Shown here piece by piece: positions 20,903-30,699 of a DNA stretch of 64,000 nt. Both the position numbers and the translations under genes were made by a program. The DNA is from Spirochaetia bacterium (GTDB taxonomy: Bacteria > Spirochaetota > Spirochaetia > SZUA-6 > Bin103), in assembly GCA_965198005.1 (NCBI GenBank), contig CBDAOI010000004.1, positions 2,336,001-2,400,000 of the forward strand, read 5' to 3'. The notes beneath the pieces were generated by a model, which saw only the letters and a list, made by a program, of their open reading frames with translations, was not told the origin of the DNA and searched no databases. Numbering within the stretch: the first letter of the stretch is position 1; every line of letters starts with the position of its first letter.

Positions 20903-21700
20903 CTAAACCGACCTGGCGCCATGGGCACCCATGCGCCCGCCGGCACCCCTCTGCCTCGGGTCTAGCAGGTCCCTTACCGCGTCGCCGAACATGTTGAGAC
21001 TGTAGACGACGATAGTCAGGCAGAGACCGGGCCAGAAAGCCAGCCGCGGGGCTATCTCCATGTATTGACGCCCTTCTCGGCTGAGCATACCTCCCCAGCT
21101 AAGTCAACAACGCAGCAGCGTCGGAAAAGACATCCAGGCATCGACCGAATCCAAGGAAACTCAAGGATGCCTCCGCTACCCTGGTTGACGTTCGGCGACC
21201 GGTCGTTATACATTGCCTTGATCCCAGTGGCGCTCTTTGACCATTCTGACGAGAAGATCAGCCACAAAGCTACGTCTTTTTGGCTCGTCTACTTTCGATC
21301 TTGTCCCTGTGCCGGACTCAAGATCGTCACTCTCTCTTTACCGATAACGGACCCTGGGATCCAATAAAGCATAGGTCAGATCTATCATGAGATTTATCCC
21401 CATGACCGCGGCGCAAAAAACCAGGTTTATCCCGGACACCACTGGGTAGTCTCGAGCATCTAGGGCATTCAGCATAAGACGACCTAATCCGGGCAGGTTG
21501 AATATGTTCTCGATGATAACGGAGCAGAATAGGCAACTGCATGCCTATCGGGGTAACAACCGGGGAGGGCTTGATGGCGTGGATGACGCTACTCGTTCGA
21601 GACCCTTGGCCAGGCTCCTGATTAGTCCTGCCTGAGCACCTCCAGCATCATGGTGCGGGTCATCCGCATGGTGCATCGGGGCTCTGGCCATGCGACTCAT
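20903..21700 (-). pseudogene. Heavily degraded oppB/oppC remnants
   Basis: Pieces MMLEVLRQD, ENIFNLPGLG, LDPRVRYR, EASLSFLG, VDAWMSFP, SWGGMLSREG...DLLDPR with many indels. Confidence 0.8.
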
Positions 21701-21959
21701 GTTCGTCATATTAGCAGCGAGATCGGCCGCTCGCGGGATACTGTGCACGGCAACTCGGCATCCCGGCGAGCACCTTCAACGAGAACCGGCGCGCCAGCGT
21801 CATCGCCGTGCTCCTGCATTCGCCGCCGTAGCGGACGCTCCGCAACGAGCACCCCGCCAATCCGCAGACAGACCCGGCGGCGGCCACCGACCGCGCCACC
21901 CGCGACGCCCGCGACAAGCACCGTCGCCGTCATGCTCGCCAGCGCCGGCTTGCTGACCG

Positions 21960-22250
21960 ATGAGCCAACCGCCGTCGCCTACGGCGGCGTCCTCACAGCA
22001 CTGCCGATGCTGCTCCGCGATCGCAGTCGTAGAACGACACCGTGCCACACCCCACCTCCCGGTATGGTCGGCCGCCCCTCAGCCCGTGCCGCGGCGCGCT
22101 TGGCTTGCCGCTTCCCATCCTTCATCGGTGCCATCACCCCGTCCAGGGACTCATGCTCCAGCGTAGCCCGCTCAGCGGCGACGAAGCGCTGGTGCAGTTC
22201 GCCCTCCAAGCGCTCAGAACCCAACGCACCCATGATAGCCGACCCCGCAA
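21960..22250. mobile_element. Mixed transposase remnants
   Basis: AVAYGGVLTALPMLLR (+, also at about 56300 on -); LHQRFVAAER..SLDGVMAPMKDG (-), ISKra4-like from recall. Confidence 0.45.
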
Positions 22251-22280
22251 CCCCACCCCCCCGCCCCACCGGACCGGGGC

Positions 22281-22400
22281 ACCCTGGTTGACGTTCGGCG
22301 ACCGGTCGTTATACATTGCCTTGATCGCCACTGTGGCGATCGGCTTTTTTGATAGCTCCTCGATGGGGAGCCGGGGCCTCTTCGGAGGCCCTTTTTTTGG
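22281..22400 (+). promoter_or_regulatory. Promoter plus three-hairpin leader/terminator before the NYN gene
   Basis: TTGACG-18-TACATT; hairpins GATCGCCAC/GTGGCGATC, GCTCCTC/GGGGAGC, GGGCCTC-TTCG-GAGGCCC followed by T7; first 46 bp identical to 21178-21223. Confidence 0.6.
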
Positions 22401-22408
22401 AGGTCTTG

Positions 22409-22670
22409 GTGCATCGCTTTGCGCTGTTCGTAGATGCCGGCTACTTGTACGCTGAGGGTGGAAAGCTCTGTTGCAGAACGGCATCCCGTCGCCGATTCAC
22501 GGTCAATGAAAGTGATCTGAATGCGATGCTTACGAAGATGGCGCGAGTACGATGTGGGCTCAACCTTCTCCGCACTTATTGGTACGACGGAGCGCGTAAC
22601 GGTGTCAGATCCGTAAGCCAGCAGGCCATTGCTTCGCTACCCAACGTGAAGCTTCGCTTGGGTCGCGTTG
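22409..22670 (+). pseudogene. NYN-domain (LabA/DUF88) protein, 3'-truncated
   Basis: LFVDAGYL, LLRTYWYDG, VKLRLG; the QKGVD motif is lost. Confidence 0.75.
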
Positions 22671-22899
22671 TCACAGGAATTGATTTACGAATCCGACGAA
22701 GTGATGGTTCCGAACTGATTCACAGCGGAGAGCAAGCTCTCGGGGATTCTCTTCGGGGCAACCAGGAAGCCAGACATCAACTCAGAAGTTCCTTCTGGAA
22801 CACCGTTTCGGAATACATGCAGAACGAGTAGCACTTACCATCACACGGCAGCGAGTTACAACAAGCTGCCGCTTCGCTTACCCGCTTGGGCGCCTTCAC

Positions 22900-23085
22900 C
22901 GCCGCCCGCCTGTCGCCAGTAGGCGCCGAGACGACCCCACCACCTCTGAGCCGCGGATTCCAGCAGTCCCGCACCGCGTCGCCGAACACCCCAAAAAACG
23001 CCGGGCCAGATCGCCAGCCACGGCGCAATCTCCATGTACTTGCGGCCTTCCCTGCTGAGCATGCCGCCCCAGCTCGGGACACTCG
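22900..23085 (-). pseudogene. oppC 3' remnant
   Basis: VPSWGGMLSREGRKYMEIAPWLAIWPG, FGDAVRD. Confidence 0.75.
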
Positions 23086-23214
23086 CGATGCCGTGCGGAG
23101 CGAGTCCCCTGTCACGCAACACCAAGCCGACCGCAAGCATCGCCGCCAGAGCAAGAGCGACCGGCACGATCCGGGTGCGATTGCCGTAGCGAGGTTTCGA
23201 GACTAGAATGGGAC

Positions 23215-24174
23215 ATGGCCCACCATCACTTCGAGCCAAACTCGTACCACGTGACAATCGCGACCCGGGAGCCGGTGTTGACCGTCGAGCCGGGAGACAC
23301 GATCACCACGACGACCCTCGACGCCCTCGGCTTCGACGTGGCTGGCACACAGGTCGGTCCTCGCGGCAACCCGCAGACCGGCCCCTTCGCGGTACGCGGC
23401 GCCACGCCGGGAGACACGCTGGCGGTGACCATCGACTCCATGATTCCCAACCGGGCGACAGGCTTCACGTCCGACTTGGTGGCGCCCAACGTGCTCGAGC
23501 CAGGCTATCGAGGGAGTCAGGCCGGCGGCCTGCGCGACCGCGGCATCGTCACTTGGGAGATCGACCGCGAGGCTGGTACCGTGCGACCTGCTGGCGCCCC
23601 GGAGTTGCGCGGCCTGGAGGTGCCGTTGGCGCCCATGGTTGGCTGCTTCGGTGTGGCCCCGGCGGGCGGCGAGGCTATCTCCACGGCAACCTCGGCGCAG
23701 CACGGCGGCAACATGGACTATCGCGGCTTTGGCCCCGGGGCCAGCATCTTCCTGCCGGTCGCGGTCCCGGGCGCACTGTTCCACGTCGGCGACGGCCACG
23801 CCGCTCAGGGTGACGGCGAGATCGTCGGCACCGGCATTGAGACCACGTTCGAGGTGACCTTCACTCTGGACGTCATACGTGGCTGGTCAACCGTATGGCC
23901 GCGGGCCTACGTCGGCGACGACATCGCCACGGTCGGTAATGCCCGACCGTTGGACCAGTGCGTCGAGCACGCCACGACCGAGATGCTGCGCTGGCTGATT
24001 AATGACCTGGGCATCGATGAACGCGCCGCGCACGTGGCACTGGGACAACTGGTACGCTACGACGTCGGCAACGTCTTCGACCCAGCCTACACCATGGTCT
24101 GCCGTCTCCCCCGGCAGGTGGTCGAGCGCCTGGGCGGTGTGCGCTCAACCGACCGCGGCGCACTCACGCCGTGA
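23215..24174 (+). CDS. Acetamidase/formamidase family protein
   Basis: NPQTGP, HGGNMD, GDGHAAQGDGE. Confidence 0.9.
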   Translation: MAHHHFEPNSYHVTIATREPVLTVEPGDTITTTTLDALGFDVAGTQVGPRGNPQTGPFAVRGATPGDTLAVTIDSMIPNRATGFTSDLVAPNVLEPGYRGSQAGGLRDRGIVTWEIDREAGTVRPAGAPELRGLEVPLAPMVGCFGVAPAGGEAISTATSAQHGGNMDYRGFGPGASIFLPVAVPGALFHVGDGHAAQGDGEIVGTGIETTFEVTFTLDVIRGWSTVWPRAYVGDDIATVGNARPLDQCVEHATTEMLRWLINDLGIDERAAHVALGQLVRYDVGNVFDPAYTMVCRLPRQVVERLGGVRSTDRGALTP

Positions 24175-24229
24175 GCGCTAAGGTGCGGCACCCGCCCCAT
24201 CGCCTTGGCGCTATATCCCCCAGACTGAG

Positions 24230-24529
24230 CGCGAACTGGGACAGTACGGTGCGCATGCCTTCCGCCACGTTCTCGCGCATCGCCTGGCCCGCCTCGACGT
24301 TGGCGTACACGCAACGGAAGTCGCCCTGCCCGCCGTCGTTCAGCAGATCTCGCAGCGCCAGCAGCGCCGAGGTCTTGCCGGTCTGCCGCGGGGCGTGCAG
24401 CACGAAGTACTTCTTGTCCCGGATCAAGCCGAGCACCGCGTCGAGATCGATTCGTTCCAGCGGCGGGATGCAGTAGTGGTCCGCGGCCACTACCGGACCT
24501 GCGGTGTTGAACGTGCGCACGATCGCCAT
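24230..24529 (-). pseudogene. AAA-like ATP-binding protein N-terminal fragment
   Basis: RTFNTAGP..DHY, HAPRQTGKTS; an 11-codon stub of the same family lies at about 2270-2303. Confidence 0.8.
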
Positions 24530-24616
24530 CGTCGCAGAGTATGGCGCGGCTGTCATCCTCGCCGTGCCGCGCTGGCCGGGTGGCCCGGGTGGCCGGGTGG
24601 AATCACGCGCGTCAGA

Positions 24617-27223
24617 TCAGGTGGCGCGCCGGCCGGCGGCCAGCGCGAGGACCGCGGCGCCGGCGTAACCGACTGCGGCCACGATTCCGAGCGCGGCGAT
24701 GCCCTGGGCCACCGCCAGCAACGTGCTGGCCACGGCGCCGATCACCGAGGCGCAGCCGTTGGCGGCCCACGCCAGCGAACGGGTGGCGGCGGTCGGCGCC
24801 AGCAGCCGCATCCCGAGCGGGAACGCCATCCCCAGCACCGTGCCCAGCGGAGCCAGCACCAGCGCCACCGCCGCAATCCGCGCCGGCCGCACCAGACCGA
24901 GCAGCCACGGCAGCGCGACCGTGCCGGCGACCGCGTATACGAGGCAGAGGCCCACGATCGTCAGCGCCACCAGCCACGCCCGCCGCGGCCGGATCCGCTC
25001 CGACAGCAGACCGCCCGCCGCCGACCACACCAGCAGCGCCGCCAGCACCACCTTGAGACTGACCACGGGGTCCCCGAACGCGATCGTCAGGCGCTGGATC
25101 AGCATCAGCTCGATCAGGATGAACCCCAGGCCGAGCGCCAGATTGTAGCCTGCGATCACCAGGCGCCCGCCACCCACACCCACGGTGCCGGCCGCGCCCG
25201 CGCTCCCGCCGCCGCGCATCCTGACAACGGGAATGGCGAGCAGCACCACCACCAGCACCAGCGCCTCGGCCAGCACCGCCACCGCCACCACGTCGCCGGA
25301 CAGCAGCAGTCCGTACAGGCGGTCGCCGGTGGCGCGCTGGTAGTCCGGCAGCCGCGACCAGCGCACGAACCGGTTGAAGAACGGACGGTCGTCGGTGGCG
25401 GGGCGCAGATCGACCACGGGATCGGTTTGCCCGCGGCCGAACGCGCCGGTACCCAGCACCGCCGCCACCGCCGCGGCGTGAAACGGCTCGGCCAGGCGAT
25501 TGAAGCGGTTGGTTTCGGCCGGGTCGAGTCCCGGCAGCGCCACCAAGTCGAAGCCGTGGCGGGTGGCGAACGCCCGCAGGCCGCCGAGCTGCTGCGCGGT
25601 CAGCGGTCGGGCGCCCACCAGCAGCGTGAACGAGCCCCAGTTGCGGATCATCGCCACGTGCGCGGCCGGGTCGGGGTGGCCGGCCGCGGCCAGCGCGCGC
25701 ACCGCCACCGCCGCCAGCCGCGGCGCGTTGGCCGGCGGCAGCAGCAGGCGGCGCGATACCGACACCAGCCCGGCCGGCTGCACCAGCGCCAGGTAGTCGG
25801 CGAACGCCTCGACGGTGAGCAGCGGCTCCTGGGTGTGGCTTTGCGCGCCCGGGAAGGACGCGCCCCAGTCCTCGATCAGGACCAGGTCCACGGCGTCGCC
25901 GGCGCGGACCATGCGGCGCGCCACCGCGCGCGGCTCTTCCTCCACCACGCGCAGCTCCGCCGGCGGCCCGGACGCGGTCGGGCCGGCCGCCCCGGCCAGC
26001 CGCCGCAGGCGATCGGCGACCACGCCGCTCGGCTCGGCCACCAGCAGCCGGCGGCTGTGACGCAGCGCCGCCGCCAGCAGCAGGCCGCCGCCCTCCTGCA
26101 ACAGCAGCGCCGCGCGTGGCGGCGGCCCCAGGTGGAACACCGCCGCCGGGTGCACCGCGTCCAGCCAGGCGCCGCCGTCGTCCGGGCCCTGCGCGCCGTT
26201 CCCGGACGCCTGCTCCGCCGCCGGCAGGAATAGCGCCGCATCGCCGTCGCGCACCACCGCCCGCTGCGGCGGCACCCCGCCGGCGACGCCGAGACTGAGG
26301 CCGGGCGCGAACCGGATGGTCGGCCCGGTCACCTCGTCGATCCGGCCGCGCACCGTGTCGCGCCGCGCCTCCAGCCGCGTGTCCGGGAAGCGCAGCACCT
26401 GCGCCAGGTACTTGAACGGCGCCGGGCGCGGCGCGACCGCCGGCAGCGCGGCCAGCAGGCCGATGCTGGCGGCAATCGCGGCAACCGCGGCCGCCGCCGG
26501 CCGCCATCCGCCATGCCCGGCGCTGTCCGCGCGCCCCAGGCTGCCGGCCCGCCCCCCGCCGTCCGCACGCTGCTCGCGGCCGGCGCGCCCCTCGCGGGCG
26601 GCACGGACGGCACGGCGGGTGCGGGCCCCCGTCCCCTGCCTCGGCCCCTGCCTCGGCCCCTGCCCGGGCCACAGCAGCGGCAGCGCGACCAGCACCGCGG
26701 GCACCAGCACCGCCGCCCGCAGCCCCAGCGCCGGCAGCACCGCGATCGGGACCATCACCCCGACCGCCGAACCGCCCATGCTGGCGCCGTACACCGCGCC
26801 CGGACGGTGACCGCCGGCGGCGAACGCCACCGCCATCACTACCCCGGCGAAGAAGAACGGCACCGTGCACGCGAGGTAGCTGAGCCCGAGGTAGGCGAGC
26901 TGGATCGGCTCGCTGGCGATGCGGAAGAAATCGAGCGGCAGGAGCAGCAGCACCGCGAACATGACCAGCGAGCTGATCGCCAGCCCCGCGCCGGCCGCCC
27001 GCAGCCGCCGGTCGGGCTCCCCACCGAGCCCCCGGCCCCCGCCACCACCACGCCCGGTGGCGAGCAGGTTGACGTACACGCCGCTGGCGGAAAACCCGAG
27101 CAGGGCGACGCTGATCACCATGAACGACAGGTGGTGCCACTGCGTCAGCGCGAAATAGCGCGCCAGCAGCGCCTCCAGCGCCAGCGCCGCGGCCGAGGCG
27201 AAGAATACCAGGACCAGGGCCAT
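24617..27223 (-). CDS. Polytopic membrane protein with a central spermidine-synthase-like domain
   Basis: N- and C-terminal TM blocks, E.LLTVEAF.DYL, PATDDRPFF, GLGFILIE, GMAFPLG, WAANG..SV. Confidence 0.8.
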   Translation of the reverse strand: MALVLVFFASAAALALEALLARYFALTQWHHLSFMVISVALLGFSASGVYVNLLATGRGGGGGRGLGGEPDRRLRAAGAGLAISSLVMFAVLLLLPLDFFRIASEPIQLAYLGLSYLACTVPFFFAGVVMAVAFAAGGHRPGAVYGASMGGSAVGVMVPIAVLPALGLRAAVLVPAVLVALPLLWPGQGPRQGPRQGTGARTRRAVRAAREGRAGREQRADGGGRAGSLGRADSAGHGGWRPAAAAVAAIAASIGLLAALPAVAPRPAPFKYLAQVLRFPDTRLEARRDTVRGRIDEVTGPTIRFAPGLSLGVAGGVPPQRAVVRDGDAALFLPAAEQASGNGAQGPDDGGAWLDAVHPAAVFHLGPPPRAALLLQEGGGLLLAAALRHSRRLLVAEPSGVVADRLRRLAGAAGPTASGPPAELRVVEEEPRAVARRMVRAGDAVDLVLIEDWGASFPGAQSHTQEPLLTVEAFADYLALVQPAGLVSVSRRLLLPPANAPRLAAVAVRALAAAGHPDPAAHVAMIRNWGSFTLLVGARPLTAQQLGGLRAFATRHGFDLVALPGLDPAETNRFNRLAEPFHAAAVAAVLGTGAFGRGQTDPVVDLRPATDDRPFFNRFVRWSRLPDYQRATGDRLYGLLLSGDVVAVAVLAEALVLVVVLLAIPVVRMRGGGSAGAAGTVGVGGGRLVIAGYNLALGLGFILIELMLIQRLTIAFGDPVVSLKVVLAALLVWSAAGGLLSERIRPRRAWLVALTIVGLCLVYAVAGTVALPWLLGLVRPARIAAVALVLAPLGTVLGMAFPLGMRLLAPTAATRSLAWAANGCASVIGAVASTLLAVAQGIAALGIVAAVGYAGAAVLALAAGRRAT

Positions 27224-27232
27224 GCCCCGCTC

Positions 27233-28000
27233 TCAGCCTTCCAGGGCGCGCCCCGTCATCGGCACGAACAAGACCCCCAGGATCAACTCGACCGCGTAGT
27301 CCGCGCCGCTGCCCGCGTCCGCGGTGCGCGTGACCAGCACCAGATTCTGGAACTGGAACGGGTTGCCCAGCGGCAGGATCATGGTGCCGCCCACGCGGAG
27401 CTGCACCAGCAGCGGCGGCGGGATATGATCCACCGCCGCCGTGATCATGATGCGGTCGAACGGCGCGTGCTGCTCCAGCCCGAAGTAGCCGTCTCCCTCG
27501 TGAGCGCTCACGTTGTCATAGCCCAGCGCGCGCAGCCGGGCCCGCGACGGGCCGTGCAGCAACGGACGAATCTCGATGGTGTGCACCTCCCGCACCAGCT
27601 CCGCCAGCACCGCCGCCTGGTAGCCGGAGCCGGTTCCCACCTCCAGCACCCGGTCGCCCGGTTCCAACCCCAGGGTCTGGGTCATGAGCGCCACGACGTA
27701 GGGCTGGGAGATGGTCTGGCCGTCGTCGATCGGCAGCGCGGAGTCGCGGTAGGCGACGTTGGTCAGCCGTTCGGGCACGAACAGATGGCGCCGTACCTGC
27801 CCCATCACCTCCAGCACGCGCGGGTCGGAGATGTCGCGCGCGGCGAGTTGGTGCTCCACCATGTCGGCGCGCGCCCGGCGCAGTTCCGCCGGTTCGGAGG
27901 CATCCTGGGCGGCGAGGCCAGCCGCCCCCAACAGTAACGCCACGGCAGCGCCTGCACCGGGTAGCGAAGGTAGCGCCCGCGGCAATGACACGATCCCCAT
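27233..28000 (-). CDS. pcm: Protein-L-isoaspartate O-methyltransferase with a signal-peptide-like N-terminus
   Basis: RHLFVP, GQTISQPYVVA, VLEVGTGSGYQAA, APFDRI. Confidence 0.9.
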   Translation of the reverse strand: MGIVSLPRALPSLPGAGAAVALLLGAAGLAAQDASEPAELRRARADMVEHQLAARDISDPRVLEVMGQVRRHLFVPERLTNVAYRDSALPIDDGQTISQPYVVALMTQTLGLEPGDRVLEVGTGSGYQAAVLAELVREVHTIEIRPLLHGPSRARLRALGYDNVSAHEGDGYFGLEQHAPFDRIMITAAVDHIPPPLLVQLRVGGTMILPLGNPFQFQNLVLVTRTADAGSGADYAVELILGVLFVPMTGRALEG

Positions 28001-28072
28001 AGTGGCTCCAGTATAGAGCAGTATGAAGCGGCGCGACCGCCGGCCCGCCGGCCTCATCCAAGGAGGTACGGA

Positions 28073-28180
28073 ATGACACACGCGGAACGTCTCGCGGCGT
28101 ACAAGCGGGACGGCTTCACCATCTTCGAGCAGGTGTTCAGCGAGCGCCTGATGGAGGCGTGGAAGCCCGGCCGGCGATGA
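28073..28180 (+). pseudogene. Possible PhyH dioxygenase N-terminal stub
   Basis: AAGGAGG SD, YKRDGFTIFEQVFS, 35 aa only. Confidence 0.4.
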
Positions 28181-29631
28181 CTGCGGACGCGGGCCACGGC
28201 CGCGGCCAGCTCGCCGCCCTGTACGCGGCGGCGGTGGCGCGCGTCGAGCCGGCCGCGCTGGTGCGGGAGCGGCTGCGCCTGGACGGCGACACCCTGAGCG
28301 TCACCACCGGCGGCGAGCCGGTGCGTGTGGACCTGCGGCCGTTTCGCGCGGTGCGCCTGCTGGGCGTGGGCAAGGCGGCCGCAGCGATGGCGCACGGCGT
28401 CGAGGCGGTGCTCGGCGCGCGGCTCGACGCGGGGCTGATCGTGGTCCCGCGACGGCCCGCCCCGTCCGCTTTGTCGGCCCTGCCCACCGCGCAGGCGCCG
28501 GCCGCACCGCGCCTGCGGCGGACGCGCGTGCTGGAGGCGGCGCACCCGGTACCCGACGCCGCCAGCGCCGCGGCCGGCCGGGCGTTCGCCGCGGAGTGCC
28601 GGCGCGCGACCGCGGACACGCTGCTGATCACGGTGGTGTCCGGCGGCGGCTCGGCGCTGCTGGCGGCGCCCTGGGCGGCCGGCGCCGGCACCGGGCCCGG
28701 CGTGACCCTGGCCCACAAACAGGAGACCACGCGCCTGCTGCTGGCCGGCGGTGCCACCATCGGCGAGCTCAACTGCGTCCGCAAGCACCTGTCCGCGCTC
28801 AAGGGAGGACGCGCCGCCGCGCTGATGTACCCCGCCGCCTCGCTCAACCTGATCCTGTCGGACGTGGTCGGCGACCGGCTCGACACCATCGCCTCCGGGA
28901 TCACCGCGCCCGACTCGACCACCTTCGCCGACGCCGCCGCGATCCTGCGCCGGCGCGGCCTGATCGACCAGGTACCGGCCGCCGTGCGCGCCCTGCTCGC
29001 AGCCGGCGCCGCCGGCGACGTGGAAGACACGCCCGGACCGGCGCACGCGGCGTTCCGGCGCACCCGCAACCTGCTGCTCGGCTCGGGCCGGGTGGCGGTC
29101 GAGGCGGCCGCGGCAGCCGCGCGCGCCGCCGGGTACGCCACCCGCCTGCTGTCGACCGGGCTCACCGGCGAGGCGCGCGCGGTGGCCAAGGTGTTCGCCG
29201 CCGTCGCCCGCGACCTGCGCGCGGGGCGGCTCGATCTCACCCTGCCCGCCTGCGTCCTCGCCGGCGGCGAGACCACGGTCTCCGTAACCGGCCCCGGCCG
29301 CGGCGGCCGCTGCCAGGAACTGGCGCTCGCGTTCCTCGACGAGCTGGCGCGCGACGCCGGCCTGCGCGGCGTCACCTTCCTGGCCGCCGGCACCGACGGC
29401 ATCGACGGCCCCACCGACGCCGCCGGCGCCTTCGCCGACGACCGCGCCCGGCGCACCGCCGCCGACCGCCGCCTCGACCCCCGGACCTTCCTGGCCCGCA
29501 ACGACTCGCACGCCTTCTTCGCGGGCTGCGACGCCCTGTTCAAGCCCGGCCCCACCGGCACCAACGTCGCCGACCTCTACCTGCTCGCGGTCCACGACGG
29601 CCGCGACGAACGCAGCGAGCGGGGCGGCTGA
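28177..29631 (+). CDS. Glycerate 2-kinase (DUF4147/MOFRL)
   Basis: GKAAAAMA, HPVPD, SGGGSAL, SDVVGD, GGETTV, TDGIDGPT, TGTNVAD. Confidence 0.92.
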   Translation: MTADAGHGRGQLAALYAAAVARVEPAALVRERLRLDGDTLSVTTGGEPVRVDLRPFRAVRLLGVGKAAAAMAHGVEAVLGARLDAGLIVVPRRPAPSALSALPTAQAPAAPRLRRTRVLEAAHPVPDAASAAAGRAFAAECRRATADTLLITVVSGGGSALLAAPWAAGAGTGPGVTLAHKQETTRLLLAGGATIGELNCVRKHLSALKGGRAAALMYPAASLNLILSDVVGDRLDTIASGITAPDSTTFADAAAILRRRGLIDQVPAAVRALLAAGAAGDVEDTPGPAHAAFRRTRNLLLGSGRVAVEAAAAAARAAGYATRLLSTGLTGEARAVAKVFAAVARDLRAGRLDLTLPACVLAGGETTVSVTGPGRGGRCQELALAFLDELARDAGLRGVTFLAAGTDGIDGPTDAAGAFADDRARRTAADRRLDPRTFLARNDSHAFFAGCDALFKPGPTGTNVADLYLLAVHDGRDERSERGG

Positions 29632-29666
29632 AGCGGCTTGATCCGGCGAGCCGCCGGTACGATGCT

Positions 29667-29909
29667 ATGCAGCAAGCTATGGGAATCGTACTGCTGAATC
29701 TCCTCTACGCGCTGCTGGGCGGCGTCTGGGCGAACGGGGCCGCGATCGCGTTCATGTTCTTCGGCTACCGGGTGATCGACCACGTGACCCCGTTCGACAC
29801 CGCGCACCAGCTCCAGGAAGGGAACGTCGCGGTCGGGATCATGGTGGGCGGCATGTTCGTCGGCATCGGCATCGCGGTCGGGCTGGTGATCGGCATGGGA
29901 TTGAATTGA
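29667..29909 (+). CDS. DUF350-like small membrane protein
   Basis: D..TPFD...L.EGNVAVGI, two hydrophobic segments. Confidence 0.8.
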   Translation: MQQAMGIVLLNLLYALLGGVWANGAAIAFMFFGYRVIDHVTPFDTAHQLQEGNVAVGIMVGGMFVGIGIAVGLVIGMGLN

Positions 29910-30694
29910 CCGGCCACCGCGGCTGCTGCACCGGCCGGCCGTGCGGCCGCGCCGTGCTGGCAGCGATCGCGCTGCCGGCGGCCGGCTTTGCCCTCCGGCC
30001 CGGTGGCCGCGCCGTGCTGGCCGCGGTGGTCCTGCTGGCGGCCGGGTGCGCTCCCGGGCCGCGAGACGGCACGCCGGGCACGGACTCGGCGGTACTCGAG
30101 GCCGGCAGTGCCGCGGCAACCGCCTCCGCTACGGCGGCCGGCGGCAGCATGCCGGACGCCGCCGCCGCGGCCGGCGCCGACCTGCTCGGCCGGCCGCCGG
30201 TGGAGCACCGGCAGTGGACGAAGCGGTTCGATCCGCACTTCCGCAAGTACGCCAAGCGGTTCTTCGGGGTCGGCCTCGACTGGCGCTGGTTCAAGGCGCA
30301 GGGGATTGCCGAGTCCGGCCTGCGGGAGAACGCCGAGAGCTGGGTCGGCGCCAAGGGAATCATGCAGATCATGCCGGCCACCCTGCAGGAGATCGCCGCC
30401 AAGTCCTCCCTGCAGGTGCTCGACGGCTCCGATCCGGGGCAGAACATCGCCGCCGGCGTGTTCTACGACCGCCATCTGTACGACCTGTGGGACGACGTCC
30501 CCGATGCCGGCGAGCGGCTGGCGTTCACCTTCGCCAGCTACAACGGCGGGCGCAGCCGGATGCTGCGCGCGCAGGAACGCTGCACTGCCGACTGCGCCAC
30601 CTGGGGCCGGGTCGCCCCCTACGCGCCCGCCGAGACCAGCGGCTACGTGGCCCGGATCCTGACCCTCATGGGCCTCGCGCCGGCTGACGGCTGA
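29906..30694 (+). CDS. SLT-domain lytic transglycosylase (probable lipoprotein)
   Basis: LAAGC lipobox, AES, GAKGIMQIMP, ASYNGG, ET..YV. Confidence 0.88.
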   Translation: MTGHRGCCTGRPCGRAVLAAIALPAAGFALRPGGRAVLAAVVLLAAGCAPGPRDGTPGTDSAVLEAGSAAATASATAAGGSMPDAAAAAGADLLGRPPVEHRQWTKRFDPHFRKYAKRFFGVGLDWRWFKAQGIAESGLRENAESWVGAKGIMQIMPATLQEIAAKSSLQVLDGSDPGQNIAAGVFYDRHLYDLWDDVPDAGERLAFTFASYNGGRSRMLRAQERCTADCATWGRVAPYAPAETSGYVARILTLMGLAPADG

Positions 30695-30699
30695 CGGCC

